Below are positions 38,294 to 48,990 of a stretch of DNA of 64,000 nt, one piece after another. Position 1 is the stretch's first letter, and every line of letters begins with the position of its first letter. The stretch lies in assembly GCA_963809485.1 (NCBI GenBank), contig CAWEJX010000006.1, positions 160,001-224,000 of the forward strand. The letters run 5' to 3'. Source of the DNA: an uncultured Acidobacteriota bacterium (GTDB taxonomy: Bacteria; Acidobacteriota; UBA6911). The notes beneath the pieces are model-generated. The model was not told where the DNA came from and did not search any database. It worked only from the letters and a program-made list of their open reading frames with translations. The position numbers were made by a program, and so were the translations under genes.

Positions 38294-39860
38294 CTGTTTT
38301 GTCCTGGTCTTTCAGCAGCTTGTACCTTACGCCGTCGGCGAGCGCGTGATAGCTGGCTTCCAGGATGTCTTCCGACACGCCGACAGTGGTCCAGCTTTCC
38401 TCTCCATCGGTCTGCTGGATATGAACTCTCACCCTGGAGCCGGTGCCCTGGCTCCCTTCCAGCACGCGCACTTTGTAATCCGTCAGCTGCAGGCAGTGCA
38501 ACGATTTGAAAAACTGATTGAGCGCCGCGTGAAGAGCCTTGTCCAGGGCATGCACGGGGCCGTCCCCTTCCGCGACCGTGTGCACGAACCTGTCGCCGAC
38601 GCGGATCTTTACGGTTGCTTCGGAAGTGACCTCCCCGCTGCGGTGCATGTTGGTGACGACACGGAAATTATCGATGGTGAAGAACTCCTTCTCGCCGTTC
38701 AGCGCCGTCTCGAGGAGCACACGCACGGAGGCCTCGGCCGCTTCAAACTCGTAACCCTGGTTTTCGAGCTTTTTGATCCTGTTCAATGCCGGCCTCAACT
38801 TTTCCTCATTTTCGGAGATTTTCAGGTTCATTTCCCTGGCTTTGAACAGCAGGTTGCTTTTCCCCGATAATTCCGAGACAAGGACGCGCCGGGCGTTGCC
38901 GACCCGTTCGGGAGTCACATGCTCGTAAGTTGCCGCATCCCGGATCACGGCGCTTACATGGACTCCGCCTTTGTGAGCAAATGCGCTTTCGCCGACGAAC
39001 GGCAGGTCCTTCCGGTGGGGCAGGTTGGCTATCTGACTTATAAACCGGGAGGTGCTGGCCAGACGCTTCAGCCGCTCGGGCCCGATGACGCTATGGCCCA
39101 TCTTGATCTCGAGGTTGGGAATGATCGAGCACAGGTTGGCGTTTCCGCAGCGTTCGCCGTATCCGTTCATAGTGCCCTGCACTTGAACAATGCCGCACTC
39201 CACGGCAGCCAGCGTATTCGCCACTGCGAGCTCGGAATCATTGTGGCAATGAATGCCCAGCGGGAGTTGGATCACTGACTGGACGCGGCGGATCGCATTC
39301 TGTATATGAGCCGGCAGGCTCCCGCCATTGGTATCGCAGAGAACTATGATCCCGGCGCCCCCCTCTTCGGCCGCGCGCAGGGTCTGAAGAGCGTACTCCG
39401 GATTGGCGGAGAATCCGTCGAAGAAGTGTTCCGCATCGTAGACCACCTCTCTGCCTTTTGATCGGATATACGCGACGGACGCCTTGATGAGTTCGCAGTT
39501 CCTGTTGAGCGGGATCCGCAGCGCCGTCGTCACGTGAAAATCCCACGATTTGCCGAATATTGTGACAACGGGGGTTGCGGCATTCAGCAAGGCCTGCAGG
39601 TTGGGATCCGAATCCGTCAGATTGCCGGCATGCGCCGTGCTGCCGAAGGCGGCAATTTTGGCTGTGTGCCAGGTTTGAGCAGCCGCACGGGAAAAGAATT
39701 CGGCGTCCTTGTCATTGGAACCCGGCCATCCGCCCTCAATGTAGCTGATACCGAAATCGTCCAGCCTGCGGGCCACTCTGAGTTTGTCCTGCACGGTGAA
39801 GGCCACGCTCTCGCCCTGGGTTCCATCCCTCAATGTCGTATCGTAAATTTGTATATTCAC
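38289..39860 (-). CDS. cimA: Citramalate synthase
   Basis: DTTLRDGTQGE, YIEGGWPGSN, FGKSW, YDAEHFFDG, GERCGNA, AHKGGVH, C-terminal regulatory domain. Confidence 0.93.
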   Translation of the reverse strand: MNIQIYDTTLRDGTQGESVAFTVQDKLRVARRLDDFGISYIEGGWPGSNDKDAEFFSRAAAQTWHTAKIAAFGSTAHAGNLTDSDPNLQALLNAATPVVTIFGKSWDFHVTTALRIPLNRNCELIKASVAYIRSKGREVVYDAEHFFDGFSANPEYALQTLRAAEEGGAGIIVLCDTNGGSLPAHIQNAIRRVQSVIQLPLGIHCHNDSELAVANTLAAVECGIVQVQGTMNGYGERCGNANLCSIIPNLEIKMGHSVIGPERLKRLASTSRFISQIANLPHRKDLPFVGESAFAHKGGVHVSAVIRDAATYEHVTPERVGNARRVLVSELSGKSNLLFKAREMNLKISENEEKLRPALNRIKKLENQGYEFEAAEASVRVLLETALNGEKEFFTIDNFRVVTNMHRSGEVTSEATVKIRVGDRFVHTVAEGDGPVHALDKALHAALNQFFKSLHCLQLTDYKVRVLEGSQGTGSRVRVHIQQTDGEESWTTVGVSEDILEASYHALADGVRYKLLKDQDKTE

Positions 39861-39885
39861 TCGAGTCTCCGTTTAAGCTCCGATC

Positions 39886-39922
39886 AAAAAAAAAGCCCTC
39901 AACCGGATGGCGGATGAGGGCT
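39886..39922 (-). terminator. Attenuator terminator upstream of cimA
   Basis: Minus strand AGCCCTCA-tccgccatccggt-TGAGGGCT followed by a T-run. Confidence 0.85.
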
Positions 39923-39946
39923 CGGTGCACGCACCTTGGCCGGCCT

Positions 39947-40009
39947 CTATCCGCCGGGCGAAATCCCGGTAATGCTGATAATGGCGATGCCGGCAAGCAT
40001 AGTATTCAT
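39947..40009 (-). promoter_or_regulatory. Ile-rich leader peptide MNTMLAGIAIISITGISPGG of a cimA attenuator
   Basis: 5 Ile in 20 codons; GGCGGAT(A)GAGG over the stop codon can pair with CCTCATCCGCC of the terminator (antiterminator). Confidence 0.8.
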
Positions 40010-40273
40010 GAAACGAGCCCTGGAATATATATCGACATTACATTGCCATACCGCAATCCCTCTTGCAAACAAAAATGAAGGACCGCCGACAGGCAACGGG
40101 CAAAGACAGCCATAGACTGCGCAGCTTGTGATCGAGAACCGCGCGGCCCATGGCCGCCTTTTTCCTTGACAAATTTTGGCTGTTTCCGTAAGAGGGACAT
40201 GCCCGGATAGCATTATGGACAGGCGCTTTGCATGAAAATCCGGTGTCTCAGCCCATCGCGGAGGCCACAGAAT

Positions 40274-42739
40274 ATGGCAGATACTGAAGAATTCCAGCCC
40301 TGGAAATGGAGGATGTCGGAAAACCCCGATGAGGAGCATCCCTTGGGCATCCGCCAGGATGCCCGGGACAGGGTGAGCGGAGAGGCGGTTTATACAAGGG
40401 ACCTGCGCCTGCCCGGAATGCTGTACGCCAAAATCATGTCTTCTCCCTATGCCCACGCCAGGATCGCGGACATGGATGTCAGCGAAGCCAGAGCTGTGCC
40501 GGGTGTGCGCGACGTGCTCCGGTACGATGATCCCGACATCGCGGTGGACAACGTGACGGGCTGTTCCAGCGCCAGCAGGTACAACATCCTTACCCTTCCC
40601 GGAACCGGCGATTTTTACCAGCACCCGATGGGCGCCGCGGTTGTGGCCGACAGCGAGGAAATATGCGACCGGGCGCTGAGACGAATCAAAATAAAATGGG
40701 AAGAGAGGCCGTTCGTCCTGGATATGGAAGAGTCGCTGAAGCCGGATTCCCCCAGGATCATGGATGAAGTGATGCGCCTGGACCCAACCGCTGCGGAGCC
40801 CAATCTTATACAGACAGCGGAGGCCGAGATCGGCGATGTGAAGAAGGGCTTCTCCGAAGCGGACAAGATCCTCGAATATCAGATCCAAAGGGCCGTAAAC
40901 ACGCCGGCCGGCGTCGAAGCCATGGTTTGCATCGCCCAATGGCGGGGGGATTTCCTGGATCTCTGGCTTCACCACCAGCACGACATGGCGGAAATTCTCA
41001 GTTCCGAAAGCACGCCCTCGATCGCATGGGACCTCATCGGCCGGGACGAAGCCTCCAGGCCAAAAATCGGGCCGGACTACAGGCCTTCAGGCAGAAATGA
41101 TTATCACCCGCCCTTCGCGCACTGGAGCAAAATAACCCTCACCTACCCTTACCAGGGCTCCCAGTTCGGAGGATTGTCCTGGCTGGCCTATTCCTACAGC
41201 TTCATCCGCCTCGCCATCAAGCTGGCTCGAAGGGCAGGCGGCCGGCCGGTGAAGCTGCTTTACGACGAGAGCAATTTCTACTGCGGAGGCGATGAGTTCG
41301 GTACCTATAACTGCAAGGTGGGCGCGAAGAAGGACGGAACGATTACGGCCTACGAGTGGAACGTGTTGGGGCTGAGGAATCCCGCAGTGGACAAGACGCC
41401 TGAATGCACGACGATCCGCAATGCCCGGGGCACCCAGAGGTGGGCATTCACCAACAGGGGTTACATGGAGAGCGTGCGTCACGGAGCGCCAGCCTGCGTG
41501 CCTCACAACGTCATGTTCGACCGCGTGGCCGCCGAATTCGGGCTCGATCCGACGGAGGTTGCGCTTAAAAATGACGGATGCCACGGCCACTCCTGGGATT
41601 GGGTGACGCGGTATCAGCGGGAAAATGGCTTTCCCGAAAGGCAAAGCCTCAAAGAAGTCATCGATCGGGGCAAGAAAGCCATAGACTGGGACCGCAAATG
41701 GCATCCCCCGGGAACAAAGCGCCTCACGGGCCACAGGATGCACGGCCTCGGCTTCATGTCCATCAACGAGTGGGGCAACGGGCTGGCCGGGATCCTTGCG
41801 GGCGGGTATTCCTGCGTGATGCTGCGGGACGGGAAAGCCGCCATTATCGGCATGCGTTGCGATCCCGGTATCGATACCGAATCGGGTTTCCGCCGCTGCG
41901 TGGCTGCGGAAATGGGCTTGAGGTTCGAGGATACCGTAATACAGGAAAGGCGCTCCGACAACAACGTCTACCACTTCGCGGAGCCGGGCGGGTCCTACGG
42001 CACCATCAGCACGACGCCTCAATTGATCCTTGCCGCCAGGCAGCTCAAAAGGAAGATCCTGCAGTATGCGGTCACTCCCGGGCAAAAAGGGGCAGCCTTT
42101 TTCCCGGGCAAAAATGCCGAAGACCTGGACATCAGAGACAGCATGATTTTCGAAAAGGCCAATCCCGGCAGCAGGAAAACGGTGGCGGAAGTAGCCAATG
42201 GGTTCTGGAATGCGGATCCCGCAATCGCCCATCCCGTGATGCCCGCCCTGACCGGACTGACTTCGGAAGGGAAGCCGGACCCGCGGCTGTATTTCATGAG
42301 CCGGCAGGCGCATTTTCTGGAAGTGGAGGTGGACACGGAAACCGGGGCAGTGTCCGTCGTCAACCTCGTTTGCGTGAATGACGTGGGGCAGGTGTTCAAT
42401 GCAAGAGGCGCCGAGGGCCAGCAGTATGGCGGCGCCATCATGGCACTCGGCAGGAATGCGACGGAGGAAAAAATCTGCTGCCCGCGGACCGGGGTGGGAT
42501 TGAACTTCGACCACATCGGCTATCAGATCGGCACCATGAATGACTACCCGACGATCCAATGCCTCCTGAACGAAAGCCACCTGGGATACTCCGCCTACGG
42601 CTCCTGCGGCATCGGCGAAAATGTGGGAGCCGCCTTGTCGGGAATCGCCGCCGGCGCCGTCTACAACGCGATCGGCAAATGGGTCCTGGATTATCCTATT
42701 ACGCCGGACAAAGTCCTGAGGGCGATGGGTGTCATTTAG
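40274..42739 (+). CDS. Xanthine dehydrogenase/aldehyde oxidase family molybdopterin-binding subunit
   Basis: RQDARDRVSGEAVYTRD, SPYAHARI, QGSQFGG, EVEVDTETG, GQQYGG, GIGE, PITPDKVL. Confidence 0.9.
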   Translation: MADTEEFQPWKWRMSENPDEEHPLGIRQDARDRVSGEAVYTRDLRLPGMLYAKIMSSPYAHARIADMDVSEARAVPGVRDVLRYDDPDIAVDNVTGCSSASRYNILTLPGTGDFYQHPMGAAVVADSEEICDRALRRIKIKWEERPFVLDMEESLKPDSPRIMDEVMRLDPTAAEPNLIQTAEAEIGDVKKGFSEADKILEYQIQRAVNTPAGVEAMVCIAQWRGDFLDLWLHHQHDMAEILSSESTPSIAWDLIGRDEASRPKIGPDYRPSGRNDYHPPFAHWSKITLTYPYQGSQFGGLSWLAYSYSFIRLAIKLARRAGGRPVKLLYDESNFYCGGDEFGTYNCKVGAKKDGTITAYEWNVLGLRNPAVDKTPECTTIRNARGTQRWAFTNRGYMESVRHGAPACVPHNVMFDRVAAEFGLDPTEVALKNDGCHGHSWDWVTRYQRENGFPERQSLKEVIDRGKKAIDWDRKWHPPGTKRLTGHRMHGLGFMSINEWGNGLAGILAGGYSCVMLRDGKAAIIGMRCDPGIDTESGFRRCVAAEMGLRFEDTVIQERRSDNNVYHFAEPGGSYGTISTTPQLILAARQLKRKILQYAVTPGQKGAAFFPGKNAEDLDIRDSMIFEKANPGSRKTVAEVANGFWNADPAIAHPVMPALTGLTSEGKPDPRLYFMSRQAHFLEVEVDTETGAVSVVNLVCVNDVGQVFNARGAEGQQYGGAIMALGRNATEEKICCPRTGVGLNFDHIGYQIGTMNDYPTIQCLLNESHLGYSAYGSCGIGENVGAALSGIAAGAVYNAIGKWVLDYPITPDKVLRAMGVI

Positions 42740-42800
42740 AAATTGAATTGCGAATGACGAACTACGAATGACGGGCAGGCGCCGGAAAGGGGAGGCGGAT

Positions 42801-44093
42801 ATGGGAGGAAATGCGTCGGGCGAAAATAAAAAGGGGTGGATGGTTCCATTTCTGGCAACGATTTTTGCGATGATGGCGCTCCAGATGTCGAGCCTGGGAT
42901 TTTCGCCTCTGCTCCCCGATATTCAGAAAGAATTCGGGATGAACTTTTCCCAGGTCGGTTTGTTCACGGGAATGTATGGTCTGTCTGCGCTGCTTCTCAG
43001 CGTGCCCGGCGGAATGCTCGCCAAACGCTTCGGGGAAAAGAAGGTCCTGTCCGCAGGCCTCATCGTTGTGATGCTGGGCCTCATCCTGCTCAGCCAGGCC
43101 TGGAATATCGGCTCGGCCTTTGGCGGCCGCGCCTTCTGGCTCCTGGGCTACCGCCCCGCCTTTGTGTGCGTAATGACGGCTATTGCGGTTACCGCTCCAC
43201 TGTCTCTGAGAAGCCGTTCGATGGGTATGGTCGGCGCCATATCGGCCTTCGGGGCCGTTGTGGGTGCGCCTTTCGGAAGCGCCATTGAAAATGCTTTCGG
43301 CTGGCGCAATGGTATTCTCGCTTACGCGGGCATGGCTCTTCTGGGAGTGATCGTCTACTATTCGTTCTACCGGATACGGCCGCAAGCAGGTGCGCCGTCG
43401 GCAAAATCTGTTCCTGAGACCAGAGGGTCCAAAGCGGAAACGCCTCGTCCGGATCCAAAACCCGACTCCCCGCAGCCCGCTCCGAAATCCGGAGTCCCCA
43501 AAGCCAAAAGCATCTTCCGGAATCCCATTGTCTATGCCATTGCCCTGCTGGAAGGCATGGTGGGCGTGGGATATTTCAGCTCCAATTTCTTCATCCCACC
43601 GGCGGTTGCTGCGGTGTTCGGCACGAAAGCCATGAACGCGGCCTATATCCTCAGCACAGGATTTATCGCCGCAATCTGCGCCAATATCTTTTTCGGCTAT
43701 CTCATGGACCGGTTCAACAAATGGAATGTCATGGGCTGGATGATGGCGGCTCTCATTCCGGCCTCGCTATGCCTGAACAGCACGAGCCTGCCGGTGTTCT
43801 GGATCGCCACAGCAGTGGTGCTGGCCCTGGGGCTTTCCTCCGCTCAACAGTGTTTTTCCCTGGCCGCCGAGCTTGTGTCGGGCCGTGAAATGGGCAACGT
43901 GATGGGAGTTGTGTCTCTGGGACCGGGGATATTCGGCTACGTGGGCCCGCAAATGCTGGGATGGCTGAGAGACTGGACAGGCGGTTTCACCGCCGGCTGG
44001 TACTTCCTGGCTGTGGTGGCGGCCCTGTCTCTTGCCATCATCATCTACATCAAGCACTACCTTAAAACTCAAATAGCACCCGCGCAGCAATGA
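42801..44093 (+). CDS. MFS transporter
   Basis: Two bundles of six hydrophobic segments; GMLAKRFGEKK and GYLMDRF motif A; Pro-rich central loop. Confidence 0.9.
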   Translation: MGGNASGENKKGWMVPFLATIFAMMALQMSSLGFSPLLPDIQKEFGMNFSQVGLFTGMYGLSALLLSVPGGMLAKRFGEKKVLSAGLIVVMLGLILLSQAWNIGSAFGGRAFWLLGYRPAFVCVMTAIAVTAPLSLRSRSMGMVGAISAFGAVVGAPFGSAIENAFGWRNGILAYAGMALLGVIVYYSFYRIRPQAGAPSAKSVPETRGSKAETPRPDPKPDSPQPAPKSGVPKAKSIFRNPIVYAIALLEGMVGVGYFSSNFFIPPAVAAVFGTKAMNAAYILSTGFIAAICANIFFGYLMDRFNKWNVMGWMMAALIPASLCLNSTSLPVFWIATAVVLALGLSSAQQCFSLAAELVSGREMGNVMGVVSLGPGIFGYVGPQMLGWLRDWTGGFTAGWYFLAVVAALSLAIIIYIKHYLKTQIAPAQQ

Positions 44094-44111
44094 GCGTCCT
44101 GATACGTCCCT

Positions 44112-44291
44112 AATCCGTCGGGAGAGCTACCGGGTCTGACGGCGAGGCAGTACGGGTTTGTCAAATCCTGGATTTTTTTCCCAGGTCCGGACAATAACCA
44201 GAAGGAATATCGAATGTCGAATTTCGAATATTGAACCGCAGAAGTTATCGCTACACTTCGAGATTCATCATTCGTTATTCGACATTCTGCG
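44112..44291 (+). repeat. Second repeat family (copy 2)
   Basis: Collinear with 10144-10335. Confidence 0.7.
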
Positions 44292-44428
44292 GTTCCAGGA
44301 CATCTATGGCGCCTGGAACCCCTTCCATTATTTATCCGTTGCGATCAGCCCTTTTTGAGGGGCCTGTAACCGTAAAGCCTTCGGCTCTGCGGGATGATAC
44401 TTGCTAAGGAAGCTTTGAAGGCCAGGGG

Positions 44429-45091
44429 CTACAGCTCCATCTCCTTCAGGTCATCGGCTATGATGAGCCGGGGCTCGGTCAGCTCCTGCACTTCTCCCGC
44501 AGTCCAGCCCGGCGCCACCTCTCTTAGGACGAGCCCTTCCTTCGTCACATCAATGGCTGCCAGATCCGTGAATATCTTGTTCACGCAACTCCGGGCCGTT
44601 AAGGGGAAACTGCACCGGTTCACGATGCGCGCGCCGCCTTCCCTGGTGGTGTGAAGCATCATCACGATCAGGCGTCGGCATCCCCCAGCCAGATCCATTG
44701 CGCCGCCCATGCCGGTCGCCGGCCTTCCCGGCCGTCCCCAGTTGGCCAGATCTCCCTTTTCGGAGACCTGGTAAGCGCCCAGCACGACCATGTCGACATG
44801 CCCGCCCCGGATCATGTCGAAGGATAGAGCACTGTCAAAAAAGCACATGCCCGGCATCGGAGTCACGGGTTGATCGGAGGCATTGATCAGCTCATAGTCC
44901 TTTTCCTCATCGACGCCCAGGGCTCCATATCCAAGCACGCCATTTTCGCTGTGAAAGTAGATAGTCCTGCCTTCAGGTATCAGGTTGGCGCACAATGCCG
45001 GCATCCCATACCCCAGGTTAATGACCATGCCATCCTCGAACTCCTTGGCTACCCTGAGGGCGATGGTCTGTTCGTCCAGACGCGTTTTCAT
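44429..45091 (-). CDS. 3-oxoacid CoA-transferase subunit B
   Basis: [13 protein letters not shown] (catalytic Glu), [15 protein letters not shown]. Confidence 0.92.
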   Translation of the reverse strand: MKTRLDEQTIALRVAKEFEDGMVINLGYGMPALCANLIPEGRTIYFHSENGVLGYGALGVDEEKDYELINASDQPVTPMPGMCFFDSALSFDMIRGGHVDMVVLGAYQVSEKGDLANWGRPGRPATGMGGAMDLAGGCRRLIVMMLHTTREGGARIVNRCSFPLTARSCVNKIFTDLAAIDVTKEGLVLREVAPGWTAGEVQELTEPRLIIADDLKEMEL

Positions 45092-45801
45092 TGTTGCACC
45101 TCCACGATGCGGCTTACGAAAAGATGGGGAGTGACGACAGCCTCCGGATCCAGTTCTCCCGGCTCCACCAGCTGATCCACTTCCACGATCGTGGTCCTGG
45201 CGGCCATTGCCATGACGGGATTGAAGCACCTTGCCGTTCCTCTATAAACAAGATTTCCCAGCCTGTCGGCCTTATGAGCCTTGATGAGAGCAAAATCCGC
45301 GGTTAAGGGAAGCTCGAGCAAATACTCTCTGCCGTTAATGACTTTTTTCTCCTTGCCGGTCTCGACCGGAGTGCCGACGCCCGTCGTCGTGTAGAAACCT
45401 CCAAGGCCGCCGGCTCCCGCCCGTATCCTTTCGGCCAGGGTTCCCTGGGGAACCATTTCCAGCTCGACCTTGCCTTCCCGATGCAGGATTTCGAGTGGGG
45501 AGGTGGGCGGCATGCCGCCCAGAGCAGGCACCGATCCAATGAACTTTTTCACCTGGCCTTTCGCATATAAGGCGCCGATGTCCTGGTAGCCTTCGGGTTT
45601 GATCCTTTTGCTCAACTCGAAACCGACGCCGCCTTGATTGGCTATGAGGGTCAGGTTCATTGCCCCCTGCCTGGCCAGAGCCTCAATCAGATGGACCGGC
45701 AAGCCGCCCCAGGAACCGAATCCTCCGATCATGACGGTGGCGCCGTCGAAAATATCCGCTATTGCACTGTCGCAGTCTGAAAAGACTTTATGAATCGCCA
45801 T
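45088..45801 (-). CDS. 3-oxoacid CoA-transferase subunit A
   Basis: DGATVMIGGFG, PQGTLAERIRAG, DRLGNLVY. Confidence 0.92.
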   Translation of the reverse strand: MAIHKVFSDCDSAIADIFDGATVMIGGFGSWGGLPVHLIEALARQGAMNLTLIANQGGVGFELSKRIKPEGYQDIGALYAKGQVKKFIGSVPALGGMPPTSPLEILHREGKVELEMVPQGTLAERIRAGAGGLGGFYTTTGVGTPVETGKEKKVINGREYLLELPLTADFALIKAHKADRLGNLVYRGTARCFNPVMAMAARTTIVEVDQLVEPGELDPEAVVTPHLFVSRIVEVQQ

Positions 45802-46079
45802 GTCTTCGTCCTCCGCGCTGAACTGATATCCCATTTCGCCAGGCCGATGCAATGACTTTTTACTCCGAATGCACCGGCACTCACCCTCTTTGCAGGCCTC
45901 GTCCCGATGCTGGTCCATAACCTTAATCGAGCGGCTGCTGAAGGGCCGTCTTCAGTAGCATCGGGGGAGCGCCGGCATGGTCCCGATGATTGCCGGCTTT
46001 GGAGCAAAAAAGTTTTAGACTGGTGCAGATCCAGCTTTATGGATGTAAGATAGTTGCCGCCTTAACAAAGGACAGACAT

Positions 46080-46799
46080 ATGACAAACAAGATTTATGCC
46101 GCTCTCAGTGAGGCAGTGGCCGATATCCCGGACGGCGCCACCGTCATGATCGGCGGTTTCGGGCACGCGGCGGACAAGCCGCAGAATCTCATCCGGGCAT
46201 TACGGGACCACGGGGCCAGAAACCTCACAATCATATCCAACAGCGCCGGTGGAGCCGGCAGGCTGGGGATCGGCGCACTCGGGGGCGCGCCCTTTATCGA
46301 TGAAGAAATCCTGGTAGAAAACAGGCAGGTGAGAAAGGCTATCTGCAGCGTCCCCGCTTCCCTCGTCATGTCCAAACCGGGCGCTTTCGAAAAGCAATAC
46401 CTGGCGCGTGAAGTGGAACTGGAATATGTGCCGCAAGGGACGCTCGCGGAAAGGATCCGGGCGGGAGGCGCCGGCCTGGGAGGATTCTTTTCGCCGACGG
46501 GGGTGGGAACTCTTGTCGAAAAAGGCAAGGAAAAGAGGCTGATCGACGGCCGGGAGATGCTTTTCGAATCGGCTTTGAAAGCCGACTTTGCCCTCATCAA
46601 AGCCTATCAATCGGACACGATGGGAAATCTCGTCTATCGCGGCATCATGAGATCCTTCAACGCGGTTATGGCGACAGCGGCAAAGGTGACCATTGCGGAG
46701 GTCGAGCAGATCGTCGAAGCCGGAAAAATCGATCCCGAAATTATCGTGACTCCCGGAATATTTGTTGACCGCATTGTTGAAACACGGGGACAGGGGTAA
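46080..46799 (+). CDS. 3-oxoacid CoA-transferase subunit A (second pair)
   Basis: DGATVMIGGFG, PQGTLAERIRAGG, TPGIFVDRIV. Confidence 0.92.
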   Translation: MTNKIYAALSEAVADIPDGATVMIGGFGHAADKPQNLIRALRDHGARNLTIISNSAGGAGRLGIGALGGAPFIDEEILVENRQVRKAICSVPASLVMSKPGAFEKQYLAREVELEYVPQGTLAERIRAGGAGLGGFFSPTGVGTLVEKGKEKRLIDGREMLFESALKADFALIKAYQSDTMGNLVYRGIMRSFNAVMATAAKVTIAEVEQIVEAGKIDPEIIVTPGIFVDRIVETRGQG

Positions 46800-46801
46800 T
46801 T

Positions 46802-47467
46802 ATGAAAGATCGTCTCGACAAGCAGACCATTGCCCTGCGGGTAGCTAAGGAATTTCCCGACGGGGCCGTCGTCAATCTGGGCGGCGGAATACCGACGCTG
46901 GCCGCCAACTTCGTGCCTGAAGGCAGAACCGTAATATTTCACGCCGAGAACGGCGCTTTGGGTTTCGGCGGGGTGCCCGGCACCAAGGACGAAGAAAAAT
47001 CCTATTACCTGGGCGCCAACGGTTTGCCGTTCAGCCTGCTACCGGGGGCCAGTTTCTTCCATCATGCGGATTCCTTCGCAATGATCCGGGGCGGGCATAT
47101 CGATATCACGGTCCTCGGCGCCCTGCAGGTTTCCGAAAAAGGCGATCTGGCCAACTGGACCTTTCCGGAGAGAGGCATCGGAAACATCGGCGGAGCCATG
47201 GATCTGGCATCAGGCTGCGGCAGGCTCTTCGTGGCGATGGAGCATGCGACTCCCAAAGGGCAGCTCAAGATTCTCAAAGAATGCAGCTACCCGCTCACCG
47301 CTTCGCGATGCGTGAACCTGATTTTTACCGATATCGCCGTAATTAGAGTGGCGCCTGAAGGTCTTGTCCTTCAGGAAATCGCCCCGGCCTGGACGGTTGA
47401 GGAGGTCCAAGCCCTAACCGAACCGAGGTTGAACGTAGCGGCGGATCTGAAGGAGATTGAACTGTAA
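46802..47467 (+). CDS. 3-oxoacid CoA-transferase subunit B (second pair)
   Basis: VNLGGGIP, HAENG, IRGGHID, IGGAMDL. Confidence 0.92.
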   Translation: MKDRLDKQTIALRVAKEFPDGAVVNLGGGIPTLAANFVPEGRTVIFHAENGALGFGGVPGTKDEEKSYYLGANGLPFSLLPGASFFHHADSFAMIRGGHIDITVLGALQVSEKGDLANWTFPERGIGNIGGAMDLASGCGRLFVAMEHATPKGQLKILKECSYPLTASRCVNLIFTDIAVIRVAPEGLVLQEIAPAWTVEEVQALTEPRLNVAADLKEIEL

Positions 47468-47536
47468 AAGCTGCCTTCCGGGGAATCCCTGACATCCATG
47501 GGACCGCGGGCATCTAAGAAAGGAGAAGGTGGGGGA

Positions 47537-48961
47537 ATGGCGGGAATTACATCAATCGGGGCATATATCCCCAAATATAGAATTAACCTTGAAGAGGTCG
47601 CCAAATTCTGGCGCGCCAGGAGCGCGGGCGGCGAAAAAGCTGTGGCCGGATACGACGAGGACAGCATCACCATGGCCGTGGGCGCCGCTTTTGAGTGTAT
47701 GCGCTGCAGCAAAGATGAGGTCGATGGAGTGTATTTTGCCACGACCACACATCCCTATAAGGAAAAACAGGGAGCCTCGATTATTGCGAGCGCCATCGAT
47801 CTGAAGAGAGAAAGTCTTACGGCCGATTTTTCCAACTCGCTGCGGTCCGCAACCATCGCCCTGGGGTCCGCGTTGAACGCAGTCCGGTGCGGGGCGGCGA
47901 AGAATATCATGGTGACGGCCTCCGACTGCCGACTGGGCGCCCCACAGGGCAAGTTCGAGCAGCAACTGGGCGAGGGGGCCGCCGCAGTGATCCTGGGATC
48001 GGCCCATGTCATCGCCGAGATCGAGGGCCAATACTCCATCTTCAGCGATTTCACCGACCTCTGGAGGACCGCCGGGGACGCCTTCGTTCAGTCAGCGGAA
48101 GGAAGATTCATCAGTCAGTCCGGCTATGGGCCGACCATGAAGGAAGCCATATCGGGGATACTGAAAAAGTGCTCGGCCAATCCGGCGGATTTTTCCAAAA
48201 TCGTCTTTTATGCTTCCGACCTCAGGGAGCATGCGGATCTGGCTAAAGCCCTGGGATTCGAGAAGACCCAGGTCCAGGACCCCCTGTTCGCCCGGATCGG
48301 CAACACCGGTTCGGCTGCGGCAATCATGGCGCTGGCGGCTGCCCTTGAGGAGGCGAAGCCCGGCGACCGGATTCTACTTGCCGGCTATGGGGATGGCTGC
48401 GATACTTTCATTCTTCGTGTTACCCCGGAGATCGCCGGTTTTCAAACTAAATCCGGCCTCAAGGACAGGCTGGCAAAAACGACGTTCATCGATTACGGCA
48501 AGTATCTCAGCTGGCGCGACCTGATGACGATCGATGCCCCCAACCTGCCCGCACGCTCCGAGCCTTCGCTGCAGAGCCGATGGAGGGAACACAGAAGCAT
48601 TACCGCCCTGTATGGCGTGAAATGCAAAAAATGCGGGACTCCCCAGTTGCACCCGATCGGGCAAAATATCAGGATCTGTGCGGTATGCCAATCCAAGGAT
48701 GATTTTGAGGACTACCGCTTTTCCGATAAAAAAGGCAAGCTCTTCAGCTACGCCATCGATCAGCTTCAGCCGACCAAAAATCCTCCCGGCCTGAACGGGG
48801 TGGTGGATTTTGATGAAGGCGGCCGGTTGATCTGCGAGCTGACCGACTACGACCTCGACAAAGTCAGAATAGGCATGGCCGTCGAAATGACTTACCGGAA
48901 AATGTCTCAAGGGCAGGGGATGAACAATTATTTTTGGAAAGCAAAACCCGTTGCGGAATAG
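47537..48961 (+). CDS. HMG-CoA-synthase-like (catalytic Cys absent) plus DUF35 zinc ribbon/OB-fold fusion
   Basis: DEDSITMA, IGNTG; NSLRSAT where a catalytic Cys is expected; CKKCG...CAVC; YFWKA. Confidence 0.85.
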   Translation: MAGITSIGAYIPKYRINLEEVAKFWRARSAGGEKAVAGYDEDSITMAVGAAFECMRCSKDEVDGVYFATTTHPYKEKQGASIIASAIDLKRESLTADFSNSLRSATIALGSALNAVRCGAAKNIMVTASDCRLGAPQGKFEQQLGEGAAAVILGSAHVIAEIEGQYSIFSDFTDLWRTAGDAFVQSAEGRFISQSGYGPTMKEAISGILKKCSANPADFSKIVFYASDLREHADLAKALGFEKTQVQDPLFARIGNTGSAAAIMALAAALEEAKPGDRILLAGYGDGCDTFILRVTPEIAGFQTKSGLKDRLAKTTFIDYGKYLSWRDLMTIDAPNLPARSEPSLQSRWREHRSITALYGVKCKKCGTPQLHPIGQNIRICAVCQSKDDFEDYRFSDKKGKLFSYAIDQLQPTKNPPGLNGVVDFDEGGRLICELTDYDLDKVRIGMAVEMTYRKMSQGQGMNNYFWKAKPVAE

Positions 48962-48990
48962 GCTTGCCAAGATCAGCAGGAGGAGACGAG

